A DNA stretch of 64,000 nt from Mustelus asterias (lineage: Eukaryota), in contig NC_135805.1 in NCBI RefSeq assembly GCF_964213995.1, positions 57,536,001 to 57,600,000 of the forward strand, in the 5' to 3' direction. A model generated the notes under the pieces. The model was not told where the DNA came from. It did no database searches and saw only the letters and a list, made by a program, of their open reading frames with translations. Numbering within the stretch: position 1 is the first letter of the stretch; each line of letters begins with the position of its first letter. The position numbers and the translations under genes were made by a program. Below, piece by piece: positions 1-11,290 of the stretch.

Positions 1-213
1 TCAAACTTTTAAATGAATGGTGTGACCTGATGGCGTGTGGAATAGTGGAGCAAGTCAAACTGTGTGCTCTTCCCTTCCTGGTCATAAAAACCAGAAGATG
101 GAAATATCAGGAAAGGGAACTAAAACATGCACTGGGCAGTAAGAGAAAATGGTTGCACATCAGCAGGATCATATCAGATAGTCAAGGGAACAAGGACGTT
201 TTTCTGCAAGTCA

Positions 214-384
214 CTCATATTCCTGACTTCGAAATATATCACCCTTCTTTCACTGTCACTGGATCAAAATCCTGGAATTCCCTCCCTAACAGCACTGTGG
301 GTGTACCTACAGTGCGTGGACTACAGCAGTTCAAGAAAGCAGCGCACCATCACCTTCTCAAGGACAACTAGGAATGGGCAATAA
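214..384 (+). mobile_element. 3' end of an older L2/CR1-group LINE, left part, split by the CR1 insertion
   Basis: ORF track reads SWNSLPNSTVGVPT..GLQQFKKAAHHHLLKDN*, a LINE ORF2 C-terminus. The tail ggaatgggcaataa resumes as caataaatgctggcctaaccag at 2559. Confidence 0.7.
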
Positions 385-2558
385 GACCATAAGACCATAA
401 GACCATAAGACATAGGAGCGGAAGTAAGGCCATTCGGCCCATCGGGTCCACTCCACCATTCAATCATGGTTGATTTCAACTCCATTTACCCGCTCTCTCC
501 CCATAGCCCTTAATTCCTCGAGAAATCAAGAATTTATCAATTTCTGTCTTGAAGACGCTCAACGTCTCGGCCTCCACAGCCCTCTGTGGCAATGAATTCC
601 ACAGACCCACCACTCTCTGGCTGAAGAAATTTCTCCTCATCTCTGTTCTAAAGTGACTCCCTTTTATTCTAAGGCTGTGCCCCCGCGTCCTAGTCTCCCC
701 TGTTAATGGAAACAACTTCCCTACGTCCATCCTATCTAAGCCGTTCATTATCTTGTAAGTTTCTATCAGATCTCCCCTCAACCTCCTAAACTCCAATGAA
801 TATAATCCCACGATCCTCAGACGTTCATCGTATGTCAGGCCTACCATTCCTGGGATCATCCGTGTGAATCTCCGCTGGACCCGCTCCAGTGCCAGTATGT
901 CCTTCCTGAGGTGTGGGGCCCAAAATTGCTCACAGTACTCCAAATGGGGCCTAACCAGTGCTTTATAAAGCCTCAGAAGTACATCCCTGCTTTTGTATTC
1001 CAAGCCTCTTGAGATAAATGACAACATTACATTTGCTTTCTTAATTACGGACTCAACCTGCAAGTTTACCTTTAGAGAATCCTGGACTAGGACTCCCAAG
1101 TCCCTTTGCACTTTAGCATTATGAATTTTGTCACCGTTTAGAAAATAGTCCATGCCTCTATTCTTTTTTCCAAAGTGTACGACCTCGCACTTGCCCACGT
1201 TGAATTTCATCAGCCACTTCTTGGACCACTCTCCTAAACTGTCTAAATCTTTCTGCAGCCTCCCCACCTCCTCAATACTACCTGCCCCTCCACCTATCTT
1301 TGTATCATCGGCAAACTTGGCCAGAATGCTCCCAGTCCCGTCATCTAGATCGTTAATATATAAAGAGAACAGCTGTGGCCCCAACACTGAACCCTGCGGG
1401 ACACCACTTGTCACCGGTTGCCATTCTGAGAAAGAACCTTTTATCCCAACTCTCTGCCTTCTGTCTGACAGCCAATCGTCAATCCATGTTAGTACCTTGC
1501 CTCGAATACCATGGGCCCTTATTTTACTCAGCAGTCTCCCGTGAGGCACCTTGTCAAAGGCCTTTTGGAAGTCAAGATAGATAACATCCATTGGCTCTCC
1601 TTGGTCTAACCTATTTGTTATCTCTTCAAAGAACTCTAACAGGTTTGTCAGGCACGACCTCCCCTTACTAAATCCATGCTGACTTGTCTTAATCCGACCC
1701 TGCACTTCCAAGAATTTAGAAATCTCATCCTTAACGATGGATTCTAGAATTTTGCCAACAACTGAGGTTAGGCTAATTGGCCTATAATTTTCCATCTTTT
1801 TTCTTGTTCCCTTCTTGAACAGTGGGGTTACAACAGCGATTTTCCAATCCTCTGGGACTTTCCCTGACTCCAGTGACTTTTGAAAGATCATAACTAACGC
1901 CTCCACTATTTCTTCAGCTATCTCCTTTAGAACTCTAGGATGTAGCCCATCTGGGCCCGGAGATTTATCAATTTTCAGACCTTTTAGTTTCTCTAGCACT
2001 TTCTCCTTTGTGATGGCAACCATATTCAACTCTGCCCCCTGACTTTCCTGAATTGTTGGGATATTACTCATGTCTTCTACTGTGAAGACTGACGCAAAGT
2101 ACTTATTAAGTTCCTCAGCTATTTCCTTGTCTCCCATCACTAGATTACCAGCGTCATTTTGGAGCGGCCCAATGTCTACTTTTGCCTCCCGTTTGTTTTT
2201 AATGTATTTAAAGAAACTTTTACTATCATTCCTAATGTTACTGGCTAGCCTACCTTCATATTTGATCCTCTCCTTCCTTATTTCTCTCTTTGTTATCCTC
2301 TGTTTGTTTTTATAGCCTTCCCAATCTTCTGACTTCCCACTACTCTTTGCCACATTATAGGCTCTCTCTTTTGCCTTGATGCATTCCCTGACTTCCTTTG
2401 TCAGCCATGGCTGCCTAATCCCCCCTCTGATAACCTTTCTTTTGTTTGGGATGAACCTCTGCACTGTGTCCTCAATTACTCCCAGAAACTCCTGCCATTG
2501 CTGTTCTACTGTCTTTCCCATTAGGCTCTGCTTCCAGTCGATTTTTGTCAGTTCCTCC
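385..2558 (-). mobile_element. Young 5'-truncated CR1-clade LINE (HER1-like) with 8-bp tandem 3' tail
   Basis: Uninterrupted RT ORF; (ATAAGACC)x3-4 tail at 381-411; TSD CAATAA at 379-384 and 2559-2564. Confidence 0.95.
476..2521 (-). CDS. CR1 LINE ORF2 fragment: reverse transcriptase domain and C-terminus, APE endonuclease lost by truncation
   Basis: 681 aa with KSPGPDGLHPRVLKE, NYRPISLTS, QHGF, YLDFQKAFDKVPH, GVPQGSVLGP, FADD. The frame stays open upstream to the truncation point (EELTKIDWKQSL), so the Met is internal. Confidence 0.93.
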   Translation of the reverse strand: MGKTVEQQWQEFLGVIEDTVQRFIPNKRKVIRGGIRQPWLTKEVRECIKAKERAYNVAKSSGKSEDWEGYKNKQRITKREIRKERIKYEGRLASNIRNDSKSFFKYIKNKREAKVDIGPLQNDAGNLVMGDKEIAEELNKYFASVFTVEDMSNIPTIQESQGAELNMVAITKEKVLEKLKGLKIDKSPGPDGLHPRVLKEIAEEIVEALVMIFQKSLESGKVPEDWKIAVVTPLFKKGTRKKMENYRPISLTSVVGKILESIVKDEISKFLEVQGRIKTSQHGFSKGRSCLTNLLEFFEEITNRLDQGEPMDVIYLDFQKAFDKVPHGRLLSKIRAHGIRGKVLTWIDDWLSDRRQRVGIKGSFSEWQPVTSGVPQGSVLGPQLFSLYINDLDDGTGSILAKFADDTKIGGGAGSIEEVGRLQKDLDSLGEWSKKWLMKFNVGKCEVVHFGKKNRGMDYFLNGDKIHNAKVQRDLGVLVQDSLKVNLQVESVIKKANVMLSFISRGLEYKSRDVLLRLYKALVRPHLEYCEQFWAPHLRKDILALERVQRRFTRMIPGMVGLTYDERLRIVGLYSLEFRRLRGDLIETYKIMNGLDRMDVGKLFPLTGETRTRGHSLRIKGSHFRTEMRRNFFSQRVVGLWNSLPQRAVEAETLSVFKTEIDKFLISRGIKGYGERAGKWS

Positions 2559-2615
2559 CAATAAATGCTGGCCTAACCAGGGACACACACACATTCCATA
2601 AATTAATGGAAAAAA
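2559..2615 (+). mobile_element. Terminal tail of the LINE split by CR1, right part
   Basis: caataaatgctggcctaaccag continues the 214-384 element. Confidence 0.65.
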
Positions 2616-2970
2616 TACATCCCGGCTATTATATTTTAATTAATTCAGCTGTGCGTGCACACTTAGCCAGAGGGTTCAAATTTCATCAAGGTCTACTTTC
2701 TTGTTGAGTTGCAAGTGTTAAATAGAGGACATTAACTGGATCTGGGCAGTCCAAAGTAGCAGGTTGCACAGCACATCAGCATTTGAGGCTGTTGAATGTC
2801 ACGATCCACCCACCCTAATAGCTTCTAGCCGTTTATCAGTCAGGTGTACTGATGCACCAGTTGAAACCTGAAGCCTTAGCACACCGTTTTTTGACTCTGG
2901 GACTTCCATAGTACCAACAAACCTTTGGAGCCCAATTTCCTTGCCACAGAGTCTTTTATATTGGCCATTT

Positions 2971-3150
2971 CATAGAATCCATAGAATCTCTACAGTGCAG
3001 AAAGAGGCCATTTGGCCCATCGAGTCTGCACCGACCACAATCCCACCCAGGCCCTATTTTTGTAACCCCACATATTTACCCTGCTAATCCCCTGACACTG
3101 AGGGTCAGTTTAGCATGGCCAATCAACCTAATCTGCACATCTTTTGAACT
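2971..3150 (-). mobile_element. HE1-type V-SINE, 3' half
   Basis: Reverse complement of the 3' part of the full copy at 9340-9655. Confidence 0.85.
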
Positions 3151-4835
3151 TTTTCAGAGTTGAATTTAGCATGTTTCAAATGTTTGGGAGATGATTTAAG
3201 GGTGTTTAGAAATGTGTTTCAAAGTGTCTTGGAGTTTGAGACTGGGGATGAGGGAATTGCTAGCATTGGGAGTCCCTGCTCCTGTTTTCCCTTTCTCCCT
3301 CACCCCTCCTTAAACCATTGGTCTTTTCTGCGATGGGCACAGGCAATATCCTTTAAAAGGCCTCACAGAAACTCCAACCGAAGGCTGGAGTTTAGTGTAT
3401 GTGGGCCCGGTCTAATTTGTGGCCCTTCTGCCACTCTCCTGCCAGGATTAGAGCAGGGCTGCAGTGACAGAACAGCAGATTTTCAGCCCCGGAGCTTTCC
3501 CATTACCACTTTTTTTAAATGTTCTTTCACGTCTGAGGCAAGTGTACTTGCTAACAGTACCTGCAGTGCTATCCGAACTTGTGTTTGTAAACCATATGTA
3601 TGACCAGCACAGTTGGCAACTGTGCTGCACAGCAGCTAAACACAAAGATCTCTATTTCTTTTTCACTGTCAAAAGCAGGACATTCCTTTCTGTTTGTTTC
3701 TGGTGAAGAAAATTGCGCTGAAATCTGGATTTCATTTAGTAACTCCACCAATGAAAGCGAATCATTCTGGTTGGTGAGGGATGAGAAACCTGCAGTTTTA
3801 CATAGCATGGTGTTTAAGGGCCACTTGCTCATACAGAGAAGCAGCAGCAGCCGCCATTTCTGGCATTTGTATTTGCAATAAAGAAGAACAATGATGCCTT
3901 CGGTACCTTCTGCACCGAAAATGAGATACTTTGAAATGCAAGAAAAATGGCAGTTAAAACTATAAACCTTTGCTTGGATCATGCTGTGCAGGGAATTGTG
4001 GCTTTACACATACTACTTGGAGTTCATTGCTGGCTAAATCTTGCCCTGTCTTTCACTCCTTGGGAACAAATGCCCTCTCTGCTTTTCTTCTATAGTTTGC
4101 CAACGAATCTACAACAATTTGTTGCAGAATTTAATTGGCACGAAATCCTAGTGACCCTGTTCATGGGACTAAAACTGGCCATTAAGATACAAACAACTTT
4201 ACGTGCAGCTTAACAAAAAGAATGTCCTTCTTACAGCTAGCCAGTCAGCCTTAAGCTGAATAGACTGAATGCACCATCTCATTCCTACCACCGTATGTTC
4301 CTATGGCTTACATACATCTCAGTGCCAAATCCTGTAAATGTACAATTCAAACCCATCTGGTGTTGTGTGCCTCACATTTGTCAAAGTGCTATCTCCTGTA
4401 CATATGACGTCAACTGGGGCGAGTGGTGTGCCCACCACAGCAGATGAACCCATAATTTGTGATGAGGGAGCTCAGGATCTCCTGGCTCATTTACCTCACT
4501 AACACACTGGGACTTTGCCTGTTGCAGTTACATATTGCATTGTACATTATTTCCTTCTGGCTGTGCTTACACTGAACATTCGTGGTTAGGCTTCTATCTT
4601 TGCTGCTGTTTGTACAGGTACACTCTGTGAAATGATCCCCTGCATTCAGGAATGATCACAAATTCATCTTGCAATGGTTGATCACAAAAATACATTCATG
4701 ATGACCTGGAACTGGGCAGCATGGTGATGTCGCATGCTGATGTCGAAACAATAGACACTTCAAGGTGGAGGATATGGGTGAAGGCCACAATTTCCCACAC
4801 ATCATGATTTAAATGTTATGAGAGAGAGAGAGATC

Positions 4836-5005
4836 GACTCAAGAACAGCTTCTTCCCTGCTGCCATCAGACTTTTGAATGGACCTACCCTATATTAAGTT
4901 GATCTTTATCTACACCCTATGACTGTAATACTACATTCTGCACTCTCTCCTTTCCTTCCCCATGTACAGTACGCTTTGTCTGTATAGTGTGCAAGAAATA
5001 ATATT
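4836..5005 (+). mobile_element. Rex1/Babar-like LINE 3' end
   Basis: cgactcaagaacagcttcttccctgctgccatcagacttttgaat encodes RLKNSFFPAAIRLLN, a Rex1-type C-terminus. Confidence 0.6.
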
Positions 5006-5059
5006 ATTAGTATACAGTGAAAAGTAAATCAAATCAAAAATTGATAGAGAGCAAGAAAA

Positions 5060-5147
5060 AGAGGTAGTTTAGTTCAGGCATCATGATCAGCACAGGCTTG
5101 GAGGGCCGTAGGGCCTGTTCCTGTGCTGTACTTTTCTTTGTTCTTTG
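5060..5147 (+). mobile_element. CR1 3'UTR fragment
   Basis: ggcatcatgatcagcacaggcttggagggcc..cctgttcctgtgctgtac..ttgttctttgt, the same tail as the CR1 at 60250-60726. Confidence 0.7.
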
Positions 5148-5780
5148 TATATCCCATAAAGTCTGCAGGATACACCATATTATGTCGGAAATGCAAAGCC
5201 ACAATTTCTCACACAGCATGATTTAAATCTGATGAGAGAGAGAGAGAGAGATTAAGAAGGACAAAGAGAGAGGAAGAGACAACCCATAAAATGTGAAGGG
5301 TAGGATACACCACAGGATGTAGGATATGGGTGTAAGTTCACAATTCCCCATTCAGCATGCTGGAGAGGGAGGGAGAGCAAGAGATTGAGAGAGACATTCC
5401 CATAAAACAAGAAGGCTAAGATACACAAGAAGATTTAGGATATGTAAGGTCACAATTTTCCACAGAGTATGGTATAAATCTCACTAGCAAGAGAGAGAGA
5501 GATGTCCCACAAATCAGGGGAATTCAGAGGATGAGATGTTCAGACTGCTCCGTGCTCTGTGTCTGCTTTAGCAACAGCACTGGCAGTGACCTAAGAGAAT
5601 TAAATTAGAGTGACCTAACCATAGTGCGTGTGACAGGGTACAGAAAGAAATGGGAAAGGAAAAAACCTATCACCTGAATAAGAAGGTAAAACCCTCTGCA
5701 ATACGAATTTAGATTCACAACATAATCAGCAGGTTCTTTAGATCAGTGTCTTTTTCACCTCTGTCAGTAAGCTTCATAAC

Positions 5781-6110
5781 GGGGTATGGAGGTGTAGCAA
5801 TTATGGCACTGGACTAGATGCGAGCTCACCTCCCATGTCAGTCTGAGAATTTGAATTTTGTTTCAAAAATCTGGAAGTAATAAATGTCACTATTAATAAA
5901 AACGTACAAGAAAATGTTGGATTGTCTAAAAAAAAAATCTAACTGGTTCACCCATGTCCTTTGGGAAAGAAACTTCTTGGGTCTTGCCTATAATGTGACT
6001 CCAGCCCCAAACCATATGGTTGACTCTCAAATGGCAAACCACTCGCATCAAATTTCAGTTCAACGAAGGAGAACAATAAATGCATTTCCCAAGAATAAGT
6101 TTTAAAAAAA
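5781..6110 (+). mobile_element. Diverged tRNA-derived SINE (family of 26621-26982)
   Basis: Shared blocks aatttgaatt, ctggttcac..atgtccttt, atgtgactccag. Confidence 0.6.
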
Positions 6111-6489
6111 CATGCAACCTAAAACATTTATGAATTTTCACTCCACTCATCAATAATGTATAACGGGAATCATTATATTCAGAAGGTCATAATGAGCATG
6201 TGGCGGAAATCTCACTGTACACCACCAGTGAGAGCGCAAACTTGTAAAATTGTGCCAGTTGGACCGTTTCTAATAAGTTTTTTTAAAATTAAATCCAATA
6301 ACAACTACACTTTGGGTGAACAGTCAAAGCTCTCAGGCAGCTAAGGAGCCAAGAGAAGCAGTAGAGTGGGAGATCTGCGTGGCATTGTTGTGCATGGAAA
6401 AGCTGACACTGCATTGATAGATTATGTCATCAAGCGACAATGCATAGATGAGAAAGGATGGATCCTTCAGCGACTCTCCAGCTGTTGAA

Positions 6490-6893
6490 GGGGCTACGCT
6501 AACGTAGTGGTTAGATTTCTGGACTGGTAATCCAGAAACTTGGACTAATGATCTGGAAACACAAGTTCAAATCCCGCAACCATGGCGGGGAAATTTCAAT
6601 TCAATGTAATAAATAACATCTGGGATAAAAAAGCTAGTATTAGTAATGGTAACTATGAATGTACCATTTGGTTCACTAATGTCTTTTAGAAATGGAATTG
6701 TATATTGTCACTCGCACTGGTCTGTATGTGGCTAGGCCCATGCAAGGTGGCTGACTCTACCCGCTAAAATGGCCCAGCAAGCCAGTTGTATTCACGAAGG
6801 AAACTCTCTGCCACTTCCTCAAAGGCATTTGGGGATGGGTAATAAATTCTGCCCTGACCAATGACGCCCCCATCCTGTGAAGGAATAAAAGAA
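6490..6893 (+). mobile_element. tRNA-derived SINE with LINE-derived tail
   Basis: Head with gttcaaatcc B-box, ggttcactaatgtcttttag core, tail ggggatgggtaataaattctg..gacgcccccatcc. Confidence 0.7.
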
Positions 6894-7879
6894 AATATGT
6901 AGGGATAGGATAAATCATTGGTGGAGTTGAACTAGCTTCACCAGATAAAGTGGAGCCAAAAGAGGATGGAGTACACACAATAAGTGTCAGAGGAGAACTT
7001 ACAATGTCAAAGACTTAATACACATGAAGAAAGGAAAAGGAGGATGCACCACGATGTCATGGAGCAATCATTTGTGAATTTATATAAGGTTTTGGTGCCA
7101 TGGGCGAGACAGGATCCACATTCCTATTTCTTACATATCTTCATGACTTTAATTTTTTCCTCTTCCAAAACTTGATTATTAACTTGGGATGATTAGTAAT
7201 CCACTATTAAATGGATAACAATAAATGGTTTATAGCCCATATGTTAAAGCATCCGCACTTATTGCTCAAAACTAGCTTCTGATTATTGATTTGGGTTCTT
7301 CTCACCCTTTAACCTATCAGCCCTCCTATTGGAAGGAAAGAATACCACTGAAGATTTGTTTTTAGATGAAACCAAACGGTATTGCAGTCAAATTACTGAC
7401 TCACTTTTAAGTCTGATCAAACTTCCAGGTTTGAAGAATCATTGACAAACAAAGGGGCAAAAGAAAGCCTTGATGAAGAATGAAGAGAATTAACGGTAAC
7501 ACAACACAGCCAAGGTTCTTTGCTTGTCAGGATGTGATTTTCTCCCCATTAATTTCAACCTTTGGAAAATGATGGCTGGCGAGTGCAAAAGCAGAAATTT
7601 CTGACTGCCAAGTCCCACATTATGAACCTGAATCAGCCATCTCGTCATCTCCCGCCTTCAAAAAGGAAGACAGCAAATGACACAAGATTTAAGGTCATAC
7701 AGGCAGCCAACTTCTCATATAGTTAGCACTGCAGTGTTGCCGTTACTACAATAAGCTTTTGTTTCTTACCTGTATTGCACTATCAGTATTTCATTTTTAA
7801 TCCACAGCCCATAAATGATTGTCAATATCAGAAGAGGATGAATGCTTAATGCTTCAGCTGTTTAAAATTACGGAGAGAA

Positions 7880-8115
7880 TAAAAAGCAAGGCAGATGCTG
7901 GAAATCTGAAATAGAAATGGAAAATGCTGGAAAAACTCAGCAGCATCTGTGAAGAGAGAAACAGAGTTAACATTTTGAATCCATAACACTCTTCTTCAGA
8001 GAAAGAGTGTGTCTGATGAAGAGTCATTCGGACTTGAAGCATTAACTGTTTCTCTCCCCAAAGGTGCTGTCAGACCTGCTGAGGTTTTCCAGAATTTTCT
8101 GCTTTATTTCAAATT
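7880..8115. mobile_element. Penelope-like family A inverted pLTR pair with decayed hammerhead cores
   Basis: Arms aaaatgctggaaaaactcagcag..cagagttaac and ttaactgtttctctc..ctgctgaggttttccagaatttt; CTGATGAA-GAGTC-attcg-GACTT-GAAGC at 8013-8040. Confidence 0.7.
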
Positions 8116-9339
8116 ATGGAGATTCTTCTTTGTACAGCTACCTCTTGTTCAGCACTCCTGATGCGTTGCTAAAAAAAGATCTGTTAAATGAAAACATACT
8201 AACCAAAAACACTTTTCCATTAAAAAAAAATGTAATAAGGGCTGGTTCTGTTTCTGACCTGGAATTTTTACATTAAAAAAACCTCCTGGCTAACTTGTAC
8301 CTAACTGGCTCAAAAATCCTCTTACTATCTGCAATTACCCTCCTGCTCATTGCCTCCTTCCACCGTTTCACCATCTCCCAATCTCACTGCTTCTTTAGAT
8401 TGTCAACCCTTTCACTCGCCGACCCTCCCATTCAGCACCAATCCAACTCGCTGGTTCTGAAGCTTTCCACCTCTCTAGTTCCCGAACCCTCCCTCCCACC
8501 CACAGGCCCTTCCATTTGCTTACCTTCTTACTCGCCTCTTCCCTCCGATGCTCTTTCTTGTTCCCAGAAGGAAAAAGAAGAATCCGGTCAGTATTCTTAT
8601 TTCCCTGTTTTACTAGTGTTCCATACAAGACCAGTTCAAACCAGTTTTCTTATTTTCCCATTTTACTGTTTACTTCCTTCTGGGCGCTCACTGCTTTCTG
8701 TCTCCCAAACCCTGTGAGGGCTCAGGAGAGGGGTGGTGAGTGAAAGTGATGGAGCAAGGAGGTTGGAGAGGGAAGTGGTGAATGTGAAGGTCGTGAGGGA
8801 AGCAGCAACTAGGAGGGTCTTGGAACAGGAAAAACAACCAGCTGGAAAGGAGGTGAGCAGGAGGTTTGTAAGGGAAAGTGGTGAGTGGGAGGGTCAGAGA
8901 GTGGGATAGTCAGGGAGGGAGGGTTAAGGAGCTGGAAGTTCAAGCAGAGAGTTAATCAACAGGAGGGTCAGGGAGGGAGGCAGCAGAGTGGCTGTGTGTT
9001 TAGACTGAGCATACTCAGCAACCATGCTAAAACAAAGGCTGTTATTGGGGAACATCAGTAACTTACCAACAGCGCTAAAATGAAAACATGCGATTAGGAT
9101 GCAATCTAAATGGATTTTGTTCAAGGCTGGTATAAATTTGACAACAAATGTGAACAAAACTTTCTGATTCAGCAAGTCTAATGTTTTGTCAGGTTGGATT
9201 TCACCAGAAGTTTCAGAGCCACTTACCCAAATCCAGTTTCAGGCATTTTGCACCCATTCCAGTTCCAATCCCCTATGCCTCTGCAGTTTCTCTCTCATCC
9301 TGATGCCATCCTTGTAAATCTCTTCTTCACTAAGAGATT

Positions 9340-9655
9340 GGGGCAGCACAGTGGTTAGCAATGCTGCCTCACAGCACCAGGGACCCGGGTTCAATCCTGA
9401 CCTCGGTCACTGTCTGTGTGGAGTTTGCACTTCCTCCCCGTGTCTGCGTGGGTTTTCTCCGGGTGCTCCGGTTTCCTCCCACAGTCCAAAGATGTGCGGG
9501 TTAGGTTGATTGGCCATGCTAAAATTGTCTCTAGGGGATTAGCAGGGTAAATATGTGGGGTTATGAAAATAGGGCCTGGGTGGGATTGTGGTCAGTGCAG
9601 AGTCGATGGGCCGAATGGCCTCCTTCTGTACTGTAGGGATTCTATGACGCTATGA
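9340..9655 (+). mobile_element. Near full-length HE1-type V-SINE
   Basis: tRNA-like head (cagtggttagc, gggttcaatcc), V-domain tctccccgtgtctgcgtgggttt..ccggtttcctcccacagtccaaagatgtgc, CR1-like tail gattctatga. Confidence 0.9.
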
Positions 9656-10094
9656 GATCCATTTTGTCACCCTTGATTTCCACATTACCCTCTTGGCCCT
9701 TACGTTGTGTGACATATTAATAGGTCGGTCTCCTTCTGCTGGGATCATACAGATTGATTTTAAAACTGGCATCAACATTCCATTCAGAAACTCACCCTTG
9801 ACCTATTCAGGCTCTTCAACTTCCACCCAATTCCTGAATGCGGCATCACCTAACATTTCAACGTCCATTGCTCTTGAAATCCTTATTTTAATCTCTCAGT
9901 CCAGAACTGGGAGTGACAAATGAGATCCTCTGTGACTGAGACCTTGTGAGCTATCCCTCCTCCTCCTCCTCAACTTCTTTACAGAGTTTGATATGATGCA
10001 TTGCACTATCATCCTCCATTACATATGTTATACATGCTCAGGAGGAGAAAGTGACTTTGGATATATTATTATTCCAAAAGCTTGCCAACACTCT

Positions 10095-10228
10095 GGATGT
10101 GATCTTACCGGCCATTCGTGCCTCACTCCTGCTGCAGTGAGGATGGAGAATTTGGCGCCCAGGCAAATCTCCGTTCATTGCTGCAGGACCAGAAAATCTA
10201 GCGTGAATGGCTGTAAGATCTGGCATCC
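10095..10228. mobile_element. Small fold-back MITE (PIF/Harbinger-like termini)
   Basis: ggatgtgatcttaccggccattcgtgc pairs with gcgtgaatggctgtaagatctggcatcc; inner arms ggagaatttg / caaatctcc. Confidence 0.65.
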
Positions 10229-10499
10229 GGCTTTCCTCGCCTGTTGTAAATCAACAAATAGAAATTGAATGCTATGATTAGTCAGCAACGTCATTTTCAT
10301 CGTATCATTATATCTGGTATTATAACTGGGATAGTAAAAGGCAAAATAGATAAACCTTGATATTTTTTATTTCACAATTCCTACGTTACCTCTGTGTTGT
10401 CCAGTTCTGCACATTTCCTGTTATTTAATTCCATTTCTGCCTGTCCTGTATTCTGCCAGCACCACCTCAGTAACAATTGCTCTTGTTTAAGAAGGATCT

Positions 10500-11290
10500 T
10501 AAATCACCCCTAGAGTCTCACATGGATGTATCCTCGACCCCTTCCTCTACCACATCCACAGGCTGCACTTTGCTGACTCACTCCGGAGACTGAGTCAGCT
10601 TTCACATGTACACTGATGACATTCAATTCTACCTCTACACAAAGTCCGTCTATCTCATGATCAACTCTTTAGCGTCACACCATCTGTCCAATATCAAGTC
10701 AAAGCTTCCTCTAACTGCGCAGCAGGAAGACCAATGCTGCTGTTATTGGACCCAGTCATAAATATTCCCCTCTGGCGACTGATTCTGTCGCACTCCCCAG
10801 CAACTCGCTCAGGCAGAACCACATTTCCCAAAGATGAAGCACTCTGTTCAGCTCAAAATTGTGCATTAACCCACATATTCCATCAATCATCAAGTTTGCT
10901 TTGTTCCACCTCCACAATGATTTACTTGCCATCAAACTCTTATGGAAGCTCTTGTCAGATCTAGATTAGATTTCTTCAATGTTCTCCTGGTGCTTCCCAT
11001 CTTCCACGCTCCATAATTTCTAAATTGTACCCTCCCCATTCTTATTGGTCAACAACAGTTCCCTGACCCCAACACAAAATATGAGTTCTTTGTTCTCATG
11101 TTTAAAACTCTCTTGTGAGTGTTTTGCTACCCTCCCCAATGCTGTTATCTCCACCTTCACCCTTCAATTCTGCTCTTTTGAGTATCCCAACTTTTCTTTC
11201 TCCAAATAATTGCTTTTGTCTTTCTCTCGGGAACTCCACCACCATTTCGAAACCACTCCACCTCTGAACTATACTAATGGAGTGTTAACA
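10500..11290 (+). mobile_element. Old L2 LINE ORF2 3' remnant
   Basis: ttcacatgtacactgatgacattcaattctacctc (decayed FHMYADDTQLYL) and tagattagatttcttcaatgttctcctgg (RLDY.N.LL-like). Confidence 0.6.

Larger units (their letters stand above)
4760..5512. repeat. Diverged ~110-130 bp tandem repeat (about 4 units), each ending in (GA)n
   Basis: Recurring cccataaa..gatacac..ggatatg..cacaatt(t)(c)..catg..gagagag near 4760, 5150, 5283 and 5398. Confidence 0.7.

Noticed and set aside
1152-2564. Plus-strand ORFs overlapping the CR1
   Set aside because: Antisense shadows of the RT ORF.
9340-9420. tRNA gene
   Set aside because: The A and B boxes belong to a SINE head; no cloverleaf.
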